Below, piece by piece: positions 1 to 9,709 of a DNA stretch of 64,000 bases; position 1 is the first letter of the stretch; the number at the start of each line of letters is the position of its first letter. The position numbers and the translations under genes were made by a program. The DNA comes from an archaeon (GTDB taxonomy: Archaea > Asgardarchaeota > Heimdallarchaeia > Heimdallarchaeales > JAJRWK01), in NCBI GenBank assembly GCA_024276795.1, contig JAJRWK010000103.1, positions 1,110 through 65,109 of the forward strand. Reading direction: 5' to 3'. The notes under the pieces are model-generated. The model saw only the letters and a program-made list of their open reading frames with translations. It was not told the DNA's origin and did not search any database.

Positions 1-212
1 ACGCAATCCAGGAATACAAAATGGCATGTGAAGAATTCATGCTTGCCCCAAGGAAGCACACTCAGTTGTGGCAATATCTGAAGGAATTAGCAATTTTTGA
101 TCTTATTCAGGTTAAACCCTCGGGAAAGGGGTATAGGGGAAAAACGACGTTTATTAGTCTCCCTGACGTTTCAACACGGCAATTGGAGAACGAGCTTCTA
201 TCCCTAATCTAA
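1..212 (+). CDS. Orc1/Cdc6-type replication initiator, C-terminal winged-helix end (5' part lies outside the window)
   Basis: The reading frame is open from nt 3, upstream of the listed Met. The segment QLWQYLKELAIFDLIQVKPSGKGYRGKTTFISLPD resembles the C-terminal winged helix of archaeal Orc1/Cdc6 (G.G.RG.T..I.L pattern). Confidence 0.45.
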   Translation, partial: AIQEYKMACEEFMLAPRKHTQLWQYLKELAIFDLIQVKPSGKGYRGKTTFISLPDVSTRQLENELLSLI

Positions 213-233
213 ACAACATTAAAATAAAAATAG

Positions 234-641
234 GTGAACAAAATGGCAGTTGAAAACAAACAAGCATTTCCAACATCTTCCTCAAAGCGGCAAAAATCCA
301 CCCTAGTTCCTTTAGAGGAGGTATTTTCATCAAAAGGAAGAATCAGAATCCTCCAATTATTGGTGGTGCATAAGGAACTAACAGTAACACAAATTACTAA
401 CAAAACACGTCTCAACCATCATACCGCAATAACCCATCTACAAAATTTGGTTTCACTCGGCATCATAGTAGAGAAAAGATATGGAAGAATCCGAATATTT
501 GCATTAAACTACCATTCGAAGCTAACCAGAATCCTAATAAATTTCATTCGAAGCTGGAAAAACGAGAATTACTTTGTGTTGCAACAAGATCCAGCAAGGC
601 CCGTGGCATCAGAAGGATTGTATTCAACAGCAGAAGCATAG
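234..641 (+). CDS. ArsR-family winged-helix transcriptional regulator
   Basis: KGRIRILQLLVVHKELTVTQITNKTRLNHHTAITHLQNLVSLGIIVEKRYGRIRIFALN is a typical ArsR/HTH_20 helix-turn-helix plus wing. A GGTGA Shine-Dalgarno-like element lies just upstream, and an ATG at 243 is an alternative start. Confidence 0.6.
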   Translation: MNKMAVENKQAFPTSSSKRQKSTLVPLEEVFSSKGRIRILQLLVVHKELTVTQITNKTRLNHHTAITHLQNLVSLGIIVEKRYGRIRIFALNYHSKLTRILINFIRSWKNENYFVLQQDPARPVASEGLYSTAEA

Positions 642-696
642 GAAACCATCATTCAAGACAAAAATAATAGCATTTCGGAGATATTTGTCATCATGA

Positions 697-975
697 TCAA
701 ACAAGATTATCGAACTTAAGAGAGGAGATAGGAGATTCTCGTATTAGCATTCCATCTTCAACCCACAGGATCGGATCTTCTTCAGGAAAAAGGCTACCAT
801 CGAATTTCTTAGGGATTACAGAAAAATAATATTCTTCTCCTTTATCTCCAATTACTGCAATCTTTAATTCTTCATCACTAACAACAACATAATGCTCATC
901 AACCCGTTTTGGCTGAATAAAGCCTTCCTTCGTTGGTGCAGTAACAATTACTGGTCTTTTGCTTACTAACATCAA
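697..975 (-). CDS. hypothetical protein (92 aa)
   Basis: Only an ORF of plausible composition; I recognise no motif. Confidence 0.3.
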   Translation of the reverse strand: MMLVSKRPVIVTAPTKEGFIQPKRVDEHYVVVSDEELKIAVIGDKGEEYYFSVIPKKFDGSLFPEEDPILWVEDGMLIRESPISSLKFDNLV

Positions 976-1188
976 TGCCCATCACCAAGTGCACTACTAT
1001 ACTATGAAACGATTCACATAAAAATTTGGGGAAGCAAAATAGGATGACACTTCAAGAACAAAACCATCTCTTAAATAAGCCCATAATACGACACAGAGCA
1101 TTTCAGCGATGGCAAGAAAGAGTTAGGGTGTGTCCTTAACTAATAATTTAAAGCTATGCTCCCAGAAGTTCAAATAGCGTGAGGAAAA

Positions 1189-1701
1189 ATGAGTAGTTCC
1201 GAAAAAGTTGTTGTACAGCTATTAGTAGATGCAGGAAAAGCAACACCCGCGGGTCCGATGGCTCAACAAATAGGCCCTACAGGGGCAAACCTTGGAAAGG
1301 TTGTTGCTGAGATCAACCAGTTAACAGCAGAATTCAAGGGAATGAAAGTCCCAGTTAAAGTAACCGTTGACAAGAAAACACGCGAATTCGAAATAGAAGT
1401 AGGCTTACCACCGGCAAGCTCTCTAATACTTAATGAAGCGGGTCTAGAGAAAGGCAGCGGAGAAACGGGACACAAATTTGTTGGAGACTTGACCTTTAAG
1501 CAGGTTTTAAAGGTTGCTCAAATGAAAATGTCAGATATGCTAGCAAGCGATGTTAAGGCAGCGGCAAGTGAAATACTTGGAACAATGGTTTCCACAGGAG
1601 TTACTTGTGAAGGCCTTCACCCCAAAGAGGCTCAGAAAAAACTAAAAGAAGGAGAATACGACGCAATTATCGAAGAGTTCCAGAGAGAGAATCCATCCTA
1701 G
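1189..1701 (+). CDS. rpl11: 50S ribosomal protein uL11
   Basis: AGKATPAGPMAQQIGPTGANLGKVVAEINQLT and VPVKVTVDKKTREFEIEVGLPPASSLI are typical uL11 N- and C-domain sequence. A GAGG element lies upstream. Confidence 0.9.
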   Translation: MSSSEKVVVQLLVDAGKATPAGPMAQQIGPTGANLGKVVAEINQLTAEFKGMKVPVKVTVDKKTREFEIEVGLPPASSLILNEAGLEKGSGETGHKFVGDLTFKQVLKVAQMKMSDMLASDVKAAASEILGTMVSTGVTCEGLHPKEAQKKLKEGEYDAIIEEFQRENPS

Positions 1702-1745
1702 ATGAGTATTCATGTATTTTTAAGCAAAAATATGATACGTATTTC

Positions 1746-2018
1746 GTGGCGTCTCCCACATTTCCCTTTTCACTTAGCAAAATCTTTTCAACTTCTCTAA
1801 AAGCAGACATATTTGTTGGGCTTGAGTTTTTAGCAATAATTTTTGTTCTTGTGGGAGTTATCGCTATTTTTCAAGGAATATGGCAACTTGGCGGGAGAAC
1901 AAGCGTTGGATTTGCGGTTGGAAGGATCATGCGGGGAGCATTCCTAATCGGGATAGGGTGGCTAATGAATTACTTTCTGTTATATTTGAATGGTGAAATC
2001 TCAAGAGTTTATAGGTAA
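1746..2018 (+). CDS. small integral membrane protein (GTG start)
   Basis: Two hydrophobic helices (FVGLEFLAIIFVLVGVIAIF and GAFLIGIGWLMNYFLLYL). No family recognised. Confidence 0.3.
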   Translation: MASPTFPFSLSKIFSTSLKADIFVGLEFLAIIFVLVGVIAIFQGIWQLGGRTSVGFAVGRIMRGAFLIGIGWLMNYFLLYLNGEISRVYR

Positions 2019-2156
2019 TAGTATCAGTTCCCAATAGATAGTAGAAAATGTTCTTCAGATTAGAAGCAGTGTGGAAAAGACAGATTCCTCAGACAAAGAG
2101 ATTTGCAACGGGTCACTTTGAAAGAATTCATAAGCAACAAACTAATCACATAGACT

Positions 2157-3590
2157 GTGAAAGTAAGGGATACACTTTCAAATCAGTTAGTTGAGTTGGA
2201 ACCAATCTCGCCTCCTAGAATCAATATGTTTGTTTGTGGTCCAACAGTTTATGATCATGCGCACATTGGGCATGCTAGAACCTTTATCGCATTTGATATT
2301 ATTGCACGATATTTGAGACATCGCGGTTATGATCTTTTCTACATCATGAATATTACAGATATTGACGATAAAATAATCAAAAAGGCCCGAGAAGAAGAAT
2401 CTAGTTGGGAGGAAATAGCAAGAAAATATGAAACAAGTTTTCTCCATGACATGAGAGAACTTGGCTTAACTTACCAGATTACTTTGTTTGCTAGAGCCAC
2501 GGACTACATTGACCAGATGATAAAGCAGATCCAACAGTTGATAGACAGAGGTTACGCATATGTAACAACCTCAGGGGTCTATTACCGAGTCTCAAAATTC
2601 GAGCAGTATGGAAAACTGGCGAAGGTGAACGTGGAAGAGCTTCAAGCGGGTGCAAGAGTAGACATCGACCGTGAAAAAGAGGATCCCCGAGACTTTGTGT
2701 TATGGAAATTCAGAGATCCCTCTGATAAGTATGAGCCGGCTTGGGACTCACCATGGGGTCCAGGAAGACCAGGATGGCATATTGAGGATACCGCAATAAC
2801 AGAAGCAAACTTTGGCCCCCAATACGACTTACACGGAGGGGCAATTGAACTGATTTTTCCCCATCATGAAGCTGAAATTGCACAAATGGAGGGAGCGTCA
2901 GGAAAACATCCCTTGGTAAGATACTGGTTACACACGGGCTTGTTGAACATTGGTGGAGAGAAAATGAGCAAGTCTCTCAAGAATTTCATTCCAATAAAAG
3001 AAGCCATCGAACAATGGGGAAAAAACACCATAAGAATGTTTATTGCTAGCGCGCATTACAGAAATCCAATAGATTACACTCCCGAGCTATTGTCAAGCGC
3101 AAAAGCCAAAGTAGAAAGGATTTCACGATTCTTGTCTCGACTTGATTCTTTTGAGCCGAACAATGATCAGAAGCACCTACAATCAAAAGAAATAGCTCAT
3201 AGGGTGGCAAGGGCGAAAGAAGAATTCATTCAAGCGATGGATAACGATTTCAATACTCCAGAAGCCTTATCTGCCATCTTTTCACTGATCAGAGACTTAA
3301 ATAAAGCTCTCGATGAGAAGCAGCTCACCCAACAAGACATTCTTACAATAAGACAAGTGCTTGTTCACGATCTATTATGGCCTCTTGGCATAGAAATCCA
3401 AACCGAGAAAAAAACAGAAGATGAGCTGACCCCAAAGGTCATGAAACTGCTGATCTCTATTCGTCAAGAGCTTAGGAAAAAGAAAGACTTTCGACTCAGT
3501 GACATGATCAGAGATGAACTGAAGGTCATAGGAATACATCTAGAAGACAAAGGCTCAACTACGACGTGGAGAAAAATCATGTCAAAATAA
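2157..3590 (+). CDS. cysS: cysteinyl-tRNA synthetase
   Basis: Class-I signatures HIGHARTF and KMSKS are present. CGPTVYDHAHIGH and WHIEDTAI match the CysRS zinc and Cys pocket. GTG start. Confidence 0.92.
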   Translation: MKVRDTLSNQLVELEPISPPRINMFVCGPTVYDHAHIGHARTFIAFDIIARYLRHRGYDLFYIMNITDIDDKIIKKAREEESSWEEIARKYETSFLHDMRELGLTYQITLFARATDYIDQMIKQIQQLIDRGYAYVTTSGVYYRVSKFEQYGKLAKVNVEELQAGARVDIDREKEDPRDFVLWKFRDPSDKYEPAWDSPWGPGRPGWHIEDTAITEANFGPQYDLHGGAIELIFPHHEAEIAQMEGASGKHPLVRYWLHTGLLNIGGEKMSKSLKNFIPIKEAIEQWGKNTIRMFIASAHYRNPIDYTPELLSSAKAKVERISRFLSRLDSFEPNNDQKHLQSKEIAHRVARAKEEFIQAMDNDFNTPEALSAIFSLIRDLNKALDEKQLTQQDILTIRQVLVHDLLWPLGIEIQTEKKTEDELTPKVMKLLISIRQELRKKKDFRLSDMIRDELKVIGIHLEDKGSTTTWRKIMSK

Positions 3591-3616
3591 GAACCAATTC
3601 CTAGGTTTTCAGAGTA

Positions 3617-3850
3617 TTATTTTGTGCCTTTCTTTTTCCTGCGCGGGCTCTTTAAAACGTCTTCATCCATTGGAGGACTCGGATGATACGGTTTCTTATC
3701 AATTTCTAAAGCTTCTTTTTTCAATCGATCGTAAGACTTCTTACGTCTTCGCCGCCTCAGATCGTCTCCACTAACCTCTTCATCACTCACAATAAATGAA
3801 ATATCACTCTCGACTATAAAACTGTCACGCACAGAAAACATAGGGAACAA
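3617..3850 (-). CDS. hypothetical highly charged small protein
   Basis: The start abuts the truA stop, suggesting translational coupling. The sequence is Arg/Lys-rich and low in complexity, with no motif I recognise. Confidence 0.3.
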   Translation of the reverse strand: MFPMFSVRDSFIVESDISFIVSDEEVSGDDLRRRRRKKSYDRLKKEALEIDKKPYHPSPPMDEDVLKSPRRKKKGTK

Positions 3851-3851
3851 A

Positions 3852-4700
3852 TCATGGAAGGAAAAATTCCTTCATCAAATTGTGTCGTAACAGGAGATGG
3901 TAAGACTTCCGAAGGAAGCGTTTCTTACCTTTAAAGTATTCTTTTAAGGAATAGTCGGAAATATCAGAGTCGAAACTCATGCGTTCTAAAATTAGGAAGT
4001 CTGGCGGAGCAGGCTTGATGGAGAGGGGACCAGAAGAACCGTGGGTAAAAAGTGACTCAATATTTATAGAAAGCCATCTTGGATCAAACACAAACCCAAC
4101 TATTCGCCGAATTTGTTCCCATCCAAACCCGTCACCTCTAAATTTTAGAGTAATCCATGGTGGAACAAGTTGCACATTGATGGAATAAATGGTATGAACC
4201 GTTTCCCGCTCAACCTTGTCTCTACGAATAAAAGCGGAAAAATCGTGGGTACCAATAAAGTGGGTCATTCTCTCACAAAGGTTTTGTACAAAATCCTTAA
4301 CTGAAGATGATCCCATTAATTGAGGAGGAATGAGGGCAATGGGGAAATAATAAGCATACTCTTTACTGAGAAGAGTAACTTCCTTTTCTAAGTGAGCATA
4401 CCCCCAGACCCAGACGCGACTACTGCGAGACAGAACCATGTTGATTGCATTAAGGGGCGGAGTTCGAGAAAAAGAACACACGGCAGTATTAAAAAGAGCA
4501 TGAACTCCTTTGTCTGTTCGGCTCACAAGACGAAAATCAAAGGGGGTCTCAACTAAACCCACTTTTCTTAGAGCATAATATAGCTCTCCTTGAACTGTCG
4601 GTTCGCTCGGTTGCCATGCGGATCCAGAAAACTCGGTCCCATCATACGCTATGAATAAAAGCGTCTGTCCAGGTAGGAAAGATTGGCTCAAAGAACACAC
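3852..4700 (-). CDS. truA: tRNA pseudouridine(38-40) synthase TruA/Pus1 family
   Basis: The catalytic-Asp motif SRTDKGVHA and the overall length fit TruA. Confidence 0.85.
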   Translation of the reverse strand: MCSLSQSFLPGQTLLFIAYDGTEFSGSAWQPSEPTVQGELYYALRKVGLVETPFDFRLVSRTDKGVHALFNTAVCSFSRTPPLNAINMVLSRSSRVWVWGYAHLEKEVTLLSKEYAYYFPIALIPPQLMGSSSVKDFVQNLCERMTHFIGTHDFSAFIRRDKVERETVHTIYSINVQLVPPWITLKFRGDGFGWEQIRRIVGFVFDPRWLSINIESLFTHGSSGPLSIKPAPPDFLILERMSFDSDISDYSLKEYFKGKKRFLRKSYHLLLRHNLMKEFFLP

Positions 4701-4774
4701 CCTAAGCTAAGATCAGTAGGCACACCTATTATTCCCTATCGTAACGAAAAACATCCTGTGGATGAAGAGAAAAA

Positions 4775-5995
4775 TCATTTTCGGTGCTTCTCAGCAAAAT
4801 CGATTAAGAGAGAAAGTGCCGAGTTTAAAGTCTCTTCATCCGCGAGGTACACAATTCTAAAATGATTTTTAGTGACAGAAGATTCTCCAAATCCAGATCC
4901 ATATACAACTAGAACACCTGTTTCTTTCAATAGAGAAATCACGAATTCTTCGTCATTCTTGAAAGAAATTTTCTCAATACTAACACGGGGGAATGCATAG
5001 AATGCGGCCATTGGAGTGGCAAGATCGAACAAATCAGAATCATTCATGTGTTTGACCACAAGATCCCTTCTTTTCCTCAGTTTTTGCCTTAGGGCAGATA
5101 GATAAGTTCGATCGGATTGAAGAGCTGAAAGACAGCCATATTCAATGGGGGTAGTTGCGCTCAAACGGGCTCGAGCAACCTTCTTCATTCCTTCCCAAAC
5201 ATCCGCAATCTTATCATCGGGATCCCATCGATAAGCATAACCAGCTCGCCATCCGGGAGCCAAAAACGACTTGCTAAACCCATTAAAAACAATTGCAGGA
5301 ACGTCATTCGAAACACTTGCTACTCCTGGTGGTCTATCTCCATCCAGAACCAAGTCATCATAGATTTCATCTGAGACAAGGACACTATTATATTCTCCAA
5401 TAATATCAATCATTTCTTTTATTGTTCTCTCAGAGTAGACAGCGCCAGTAGGATTGTTTGGGTTAATTGAAACAACAAATCGCGTTTTCTCTGTTATTTT
5501 TTTTCTCAAATCGTCCAAATCTGGTTGCCATCCATTTTCTTCAACACATGAATAATATTTCACCCTAGTTTGGAAAACTGTGGCGAGAGAGGAATATGCG
5601 GGATAAGTAGGGGCAGGAAGCAGAATCTCGTCCCCAACCTCTGTGAATGCTGCAAAAAGAAAATAGATTGCTTCAGAAACACCGCTGGTAAACATTATGT
5701 CTTCATCCCTAAGAGTCACCCCATGTTTCTGTCCTTCATGGTGAGCAATGGCTGACCGCAACTCACGAATCCCAAGGGAGTCAGCGTAAAAGTTCTTGTT
5801 CGAGCGGACAGCATCACACACACCGTTTATCATTTCTTCAGGTGTTTCATAGTCAAATTGAATCGGATCACCAATATTCAGTTTCAGAATTTTTTGTCCC
5901 TTTTGTTCAAGTTCATTAGCTAAAACAACAAGATCACGAATGGCATATTTCATTCCAGCAACCCGATTACTTTGACGATATTTTTGATCATACAT
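4775..5995 (-). CDS. class I/II PLP-dependent aminotransferase (aspartate/alanine type)
   Basis: INPNNPTGAVY and the PLP-lysine motif NGFSKSFLAPGWRAGY are present. Confidence 0.85.
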   Translation of the reverse strand: MYDQKYRQSNRVAGMKYAIRDLVVLANELEQKGQKILKLNIGDPIQFDYETPEEMINGVCDAVRSNKNFYADSLGIRELRSAIAHHEGQKHGVTLRDEDIMFTSGVSEAIYFLFAAFTEVGDEILLPAPTYPAYSSLATVFQTRVKYYSCVEENGWQPDLDDLRKKITEKTRFVVSINPNNPTGAVYSERTIKEMIDIIGEYNSVLVSDEIYDDLVLDGDRPPGVASVSNDVPAIVFNGFSKSFLAPGWRAGYAYRWDPDDKIADVWEGMKKVARARLSATTPIEYGCLSALQSDRTYLSALRQKLRKRRDLVVKHMNDSDLFDLATPMAAFYAFPRVSIEKISFKNDEEFVISLLKETGVLVVYGSGFGESSVTKNHFRIVYLADEETLNSALSLLIDFAEKHRK

Positions 5996-6116
5996 GCTTC
6001 AACCACTAGCAATCTCGTATTTAGACACTTGCATCGATAATCAGAAACTCGGCAATTTATCGGCAAGTGGTAAAAGCAGACCTTTACCTGCTCCCTAGAG
6101 AGACCTGAAGCAAAAA

Positions 6117-6192
6117 TGGTGGACGGGCCGGGACTTGAACCCGGGGCCTCTCGGGTGCAAGCCGAGTGCTCTACCAACTGAGCTACCCGCCC
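6117..6192 (-). tRNA. tRNA-Ala(UGC), no intron, 3' CCA encoded
   Basis: The reverse complement folds as a 76-nt cloverleaf: GGGCGGG/TA/GCTC-AGTTGGTA-GAGC/A/CTCGG-CTTGCAC-CCGAG/AGGCC/CCGGG-TTCAAGT-CCCGG/CCCGTCC/A/CCA. The G3:U70 alanine identity pair is present. Confidence 0.92.
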
Positions 6193-6320
6193 AAGGGTCT
6201 AATGCACAATCGTTACTCAAGAAATATGAGGTTTGCGATCGGTGTCCAATCAAAACCAAATTTTGACCCAGAAGACTAAGAGTCTATATGAAGAACAGGC
6301 GATCGGATCACATTCAGTCT

Positions 6321-6587
6321 CTAGAAAAGACGACGATGAGAGCCTCGCAATTCTTTGAGAATCTGATTTCGTAACCCAGCAATGCTTGTTGAGCGGGCAA
6401 TCCCCTTTTCTTGCTCAACTTGGTCTAATTCCTGCTCCTCAAACGTTTGTTGCTCCAAGGATTTTATTCTTTCCTCATATATCCGAAGTTGCCTAAGGTA
6501 TTCCTCTTCAGTAATAAGGCCTTGTTTGAACTTCTCATACTCCTCCAATATCCATTGATACAATTCTTTAGCACTGCTCATATCCAC
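6321..6587 (-). CDS. small SHOCT-like coiled-coil protein with C-terminal STSIAGLR..LKEL motif
   Basis: GLITEEEYLRQL is SHOCT-like and is followed by heptad-rich sequence. The C-terminus is paralogous to that of ORF 27601..28605. Confidence 0.5.
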   Translation of the reverse strand: MDMSSAKELYQWILEEYEKFKQGLITEEEYLRQLRIYEERIKSLEQQTFEEQELDQVEQEKGIARSTSIAGLRNQILKELRGSHRRLF

Positions 6588-6706
6588 TTAAGAAAAGAAA
6601 CATGACAGAATATAAGATGTTCCACAGAGGAAAAAAGAGAACCTCACAAACAATCAGTAGCAAGCAAAAGTAGCTCACATGTCATTTAATTAAATTAACA
6701 AAAAAG

Positions 6707-6997
6707 CTAGCGGGCGATATGCCCACATTGGCAACGAATCACTGGACGTGCACGATGAACGCGACGACCAACAAAGGATAAGAGCAAACCGCATTTATTA
6801 CAAAAGAACCTTTTCAAAGATTTCCTTGGACGTACACGAGTCTTCTTAACGATCTCCTTCATTTCTGCATAAAGAACCGGTGAAAGACGGGGGTTGCTGA
6901 CTGCAAGCATGACTAGATCTTGGTAAGTGCGATGAATTGTCTTTCGGGAAACAATGAGCTTTCCTTTCGGTTTTTTCCTAGGCATGAGAATCGCCAC
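6707..6997 (-). CDS. rnp4: RNase P protein component 4 (Rpp21/Rpr2 family)
   Basis: Basic N-terminal helices are followed by a zinc ribbon, FCNKCGLLL..G..RVHRARPVIRCQCGHIAR. This matches the Rpr2 pattern FC..C...L.pG...RV....v...C..CG. Confidence 0.65.
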   Translation of the reverse strand: MAILMPRKKPKGKLIVSRKTIHRTYQDLVMLAVSNPRLSPVLYAEMKEIVKKTRVRPRKSLKRFFCNKCGLLLSFVGRRVHRARPVIRCQCGHIAR

Positions 6998-7045
6998 AAG
7001 GCAGGTGCAAACAAATTATTGTAACACCTGAGGGAAGTTCGTATT

Positions 7046-7516
7046 TTAAATATCGAAGACTTTTTTCTCACTTGCTTTTTCGATTCTGCGAACAAAATCC
7101 CCATGCAATTCAATGGGAATTGCCATTCCGCCCTCTAAGAGTTCTACGGTTACTTTTTCACGAGACTGGTCAATGCGAATAATTCGAGCGCGACTTCCCT
7201 TAAAAGGACCATCGATAACTTCAACCAAGTCTCCTTCATCTAAACCTTCAACAGCAGGCTTTGGAACAAGCACGGGAGCTAGTTCTTCGATGGGAACTTC
7301 TTGACCTCTAACAGCACGTGTACGAATATGCCGTAACCCTTGCGTAGCTTTTTCGACCGTTATCTGGTCTGGACCCTCAATAAAGATATAACCACGAAGC
7401 ATGTCTGTTACGAGAATCGCGGAAACAGGATACGAATGAGAACGGACGCGTTGCTCAATCATTCGTGTGACAGTTTTTTCCTGCCCCAATGTTGTTTTCA
7501 AAGCAAAAATCGGCAT
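7046..7516 (-). CDS. spt5: transcription elongation factor Spt5 (NusG family)
   Basis: An NGN domain (IFALKTTLGQEKTVTRMI..YIFIEG) is followed by a KOW motif (GDLVEVIDGPFKGSRARIIRID). The gene lies next to secE. Confidence 0.9.
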   Translation of the reverse strand: MPIFALKTTLGQEKTVTRMIEQRVRSHSYPVSAILVTDMLRGYIFIEGPDQITVEKATQGLRHIRTRAVRGQEVPIEELAPVLVPKPAVEGLDEGDLVEVIDGPFKGSRARIIRIDQSREKVTVELLEGGMAIPIELHGDFVRRIEKASEKKVFDI

Positions 7517-7551
7517 CTAATGCACCTCAAATAATCTTGTACTCAGTTCAT

Positions 7552-7746
7552 TTATGGAGAGAAAGTATCAACAACGAAATTCATGATCGTGTGCACTAAG
7601 AATCCGACCAGACCCATGGTCAAAATGCCTATTGCAGTGATCTGGGACGTTGTCATTATTTCTTTCTTGGAAGGCAGTTTGGTCGATCTGAACAATATTC
7701 GCTTGCTTTGAGTGAGATATCGGTCAATGGTTCGAATCACAGACAT
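7552..7746 (-). CDS. secE: protein translocase subunit SecE/Sec61-gamma
   Basis: 64 aa with a basic N-terminus and a single C-terminal TM helix (ITAIGILTMGLVGFLVHTI). It shows conserved synteny upstream of spt5. Confidence 0.7.
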   Translation of the reverse strand: MSVIRTIDRYLTQSKRILFRSTKLPSKKEIMTTSQITAIGILTMGLVGFLVHTIMNFVVDTFSP

Positions 7747-7873
7747 TTTCTTTCCACTATGGGTAGACTATGCATAGTTCTTAAAAGGAATTTCCATACC
7801 GTTTTAACTTTTTTTGAGTAAAAAAAGATAATTTTTTAAGCCAGCCAACACATAGAAAAAATAGGCGGACTTC

Positions 7874-9691
7874 ATGTGTGGAATCATAGGAATCACCCAG
7901 AACAACTCAGAAGACCTCATGGAAAAACTCTACCAATCCCTAAAAAGACTCGAATACAGAGGATACGACTCCGTCGGATTCGCCGTCCTATCACAAGAAA
8001 GCATCAAAATAAGCAAGAATAAAGGAAAAGTGGACGAAGTCGCCAAACAGACTGATTTCTCACTCATGAAAGGAACAACAGGCATCGGACACTCACGATG
8101 GGCAACCCATGGTGCACCCACAAAAGAAAATGCACACCCCCACACGGATTGTCAAAACAAAATCGCAGTCATTCATAACGGCATTATTAGCAACTTTCTC
8201 CAGCTACGAAAAGAACTCACTCAAAAAGGCCATATTTTCACCTCAGAAACAGACACGGAGGTAGTCCCCCATTTACTCGAAGATCTCTTACAGCAAGGAA
8301 AATCCATGAAAGAGGCCCTCTTCGAACTCGCAACAATACTTGGCGGAGCATACGCCCTTGTCGTTATTCACACGAGTGAACCAAACAAAATTTATTGCAT
8401 GAAAAAAGAAAACCCTCTTATTCTCGGAGTAACCAAAGATGAAAGCTACGCTGCATCTGACATCCCCGCATTCCTCCCGTACACAAGAGAAGCCATCACA
8501 CTGAGAGACGACGAACTGGCAACCCTTGAACCAGGGAAATACATGATTTACAACGTGAAAACAGGGAAAACAGTAAGCCGAAAACCACATCGAATAACTT
8601 GGACGCCAGATGCCGCACAAAAGGGCGGATACCCCCACTTCATGCTCAAGGAAATCCATGAATCAGGTCAAGTACTTCGAACCCAGCTGGCAAGCGAGAT
8701 TTCCAATGTTGAACAAATCGCGCAAGCAATACTAGACGCAGATAACATCATAACCATGGCAGCAGGAACTGCGTTTTACGCAAGCCTCACCACACAGTAC
8801 TTGTTTCAGCAAACCTTTGGAAAAATCGTGATTCCAACTATCGCTTCCGAGTACGAGACCGTGCTCCCCATCATTAACAAGAACACAGTGGTCGTTGCAG
8901 TCAGCCAGTCCGGTGAAACCATAGACACCATCAAAGCAGTCAAAGAAGCAAAACAAAAAGGAGCAAAAATCATCGCCATTGTAAACGTCGTCGGAAGCAC
9001 CATCACGAGAATCGCAGACCACATAGTCTACATCCAAGCAGGACCAGAAATCGGCGTCGCAGCAACAAAAACATACCTTGCACAAGTCTTCGCAATATGG
9101 AGAATATACCACCAAGCTCTCCTCAAAACAAACCAAACAACACTTGCACAACAACTCCAAAAAGCAATACAAAACATCCCCGACGAAATCGAACGAATCG
9201 TCAGAAATGACGAAGCAAAAGCAAGAGACATCGCAAAAAAAATCCAAAACGCACAATCAGCATTCTACCTCGGGAGAGGAATAAACCTCACAACCGCACT
9301 CGAAGGAGCACTCAAACTCAAAGAAATAAGCTACATCCACGCAGAAGCATACCCCGCCGGAGAAAGCAAACACGGACCCATCGCGCTCATCCACAAAAAC
9401 TATCCCATCATCTTCATCGCACCAAACGACAACACCAGAGAAAAAATCATCGGAAACATCATGGAAATGAAAGCAAGAGGAGCATACACCATCGGAATCA
9501 TCGAAAAACACGACCAAGAACTCAAACAAATACTACACCAATACTTCGAAATAAACCCACAATACTCAAAACAACTACAAAACATACCATACCAAATACC
9601 ACTACACCTCATCGCATACTACACCGCAACAACAAAAGGACACGATCCAGATTACCCACGCAACTTGGCCAAATCTGTAACTGTTGAATGA
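7874..9691 (+). CDS. glmS: glutamine--fructose-6-phosphate aminotransferase (isomerizing)
   Basis: It has the N-terminal MCGIIG Ntn-amidotransferase start, two SIS domains (SQSGETIDT) and the C-terminal KSVTVE. Confidence 0.95.
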   Translation: MCGIIGITQNNSEDLMEKLYQSLKRLEYRGYDSVGFAVLSQESIKISKNKGKVDEVAKQTDFSLMKGTTGIGHSRWATHGAPTKENAHPHTDCQNKIAVIHNGIISNFLQLRKELTQKGHIFTSETDTEVVPHLLEDLLQQGKSMKEALFELATILGGAYALVVIHTSEPNKIYCMKKENPLILGVTKDESYAASDIPAFLPYTREAITLRDDELATLEPGKYMIYNVKTGKTVSRKPHRITWTPDAAQKGGYPHFMLKEIHESGQVLRTQLASEISNVEQIAQAILDADNIITMAAGTAFYASLTTQYLFQQTFGKIVIPTIASEYETVLPIINKNTVVVAVSQSGETIDTIKAVKEAKQKGAKIIAIVNVVGSTITRIADHIVYIQAGPEIGVAATKTYLAQVFAIWRIYHQALLKTNQTTLAQQLQKAIQNIPDEIERIVRNDEAKARDIAKKIQNAQSAFYLGRGINLTTALEGALKLKEISYIHAEAYPAGESKHGPIALIHKNYPIIFIAPNDNTREKIIGNIMEMKARGAYTIGIIEKHDQELKQILHQYFEINPQYSKQLQNIPYQIPLHLIAYYTATTKGHDPDYPRNLAKSVTVE

Positions 9692-9709
9692 TCGTTCTCT
9701 CAAGTGAGA

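Noticed and set aside
641-700. A possible C/D-box sRNA on the minus strand (ATGATGA ... ATGATGG).
   Set aside because: No CTGA D or D' boxes occur at the required spacing (CTGC only). The D'-C' spacer would be about 19 nt, and the candidate overlaps the end of the ArsR-like gene.
5950-6177. ORFs overlapping the tRNA genes (5950..6177, 34295..34546 and 39820..40086).
   Set aside because: Each spans a well-folded tRNA cloverleaf. The apparent coding potential comes from GC-rich tRNA sequence lacking stops.
7930-9612. A series of long antisense and alternate-frame ORFs inside glmS (for example 8288..8659, 8732..9256 of 174 aa, 9257..9529 and 9400..9612).
   Set aside because: glmS is unambiguous in the plus frame. 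Its sense strand is so A/C-rich that the complementary strand lacks stop codons, and the antisense products are Cys/Phe/Val-rich low-complexity strings.
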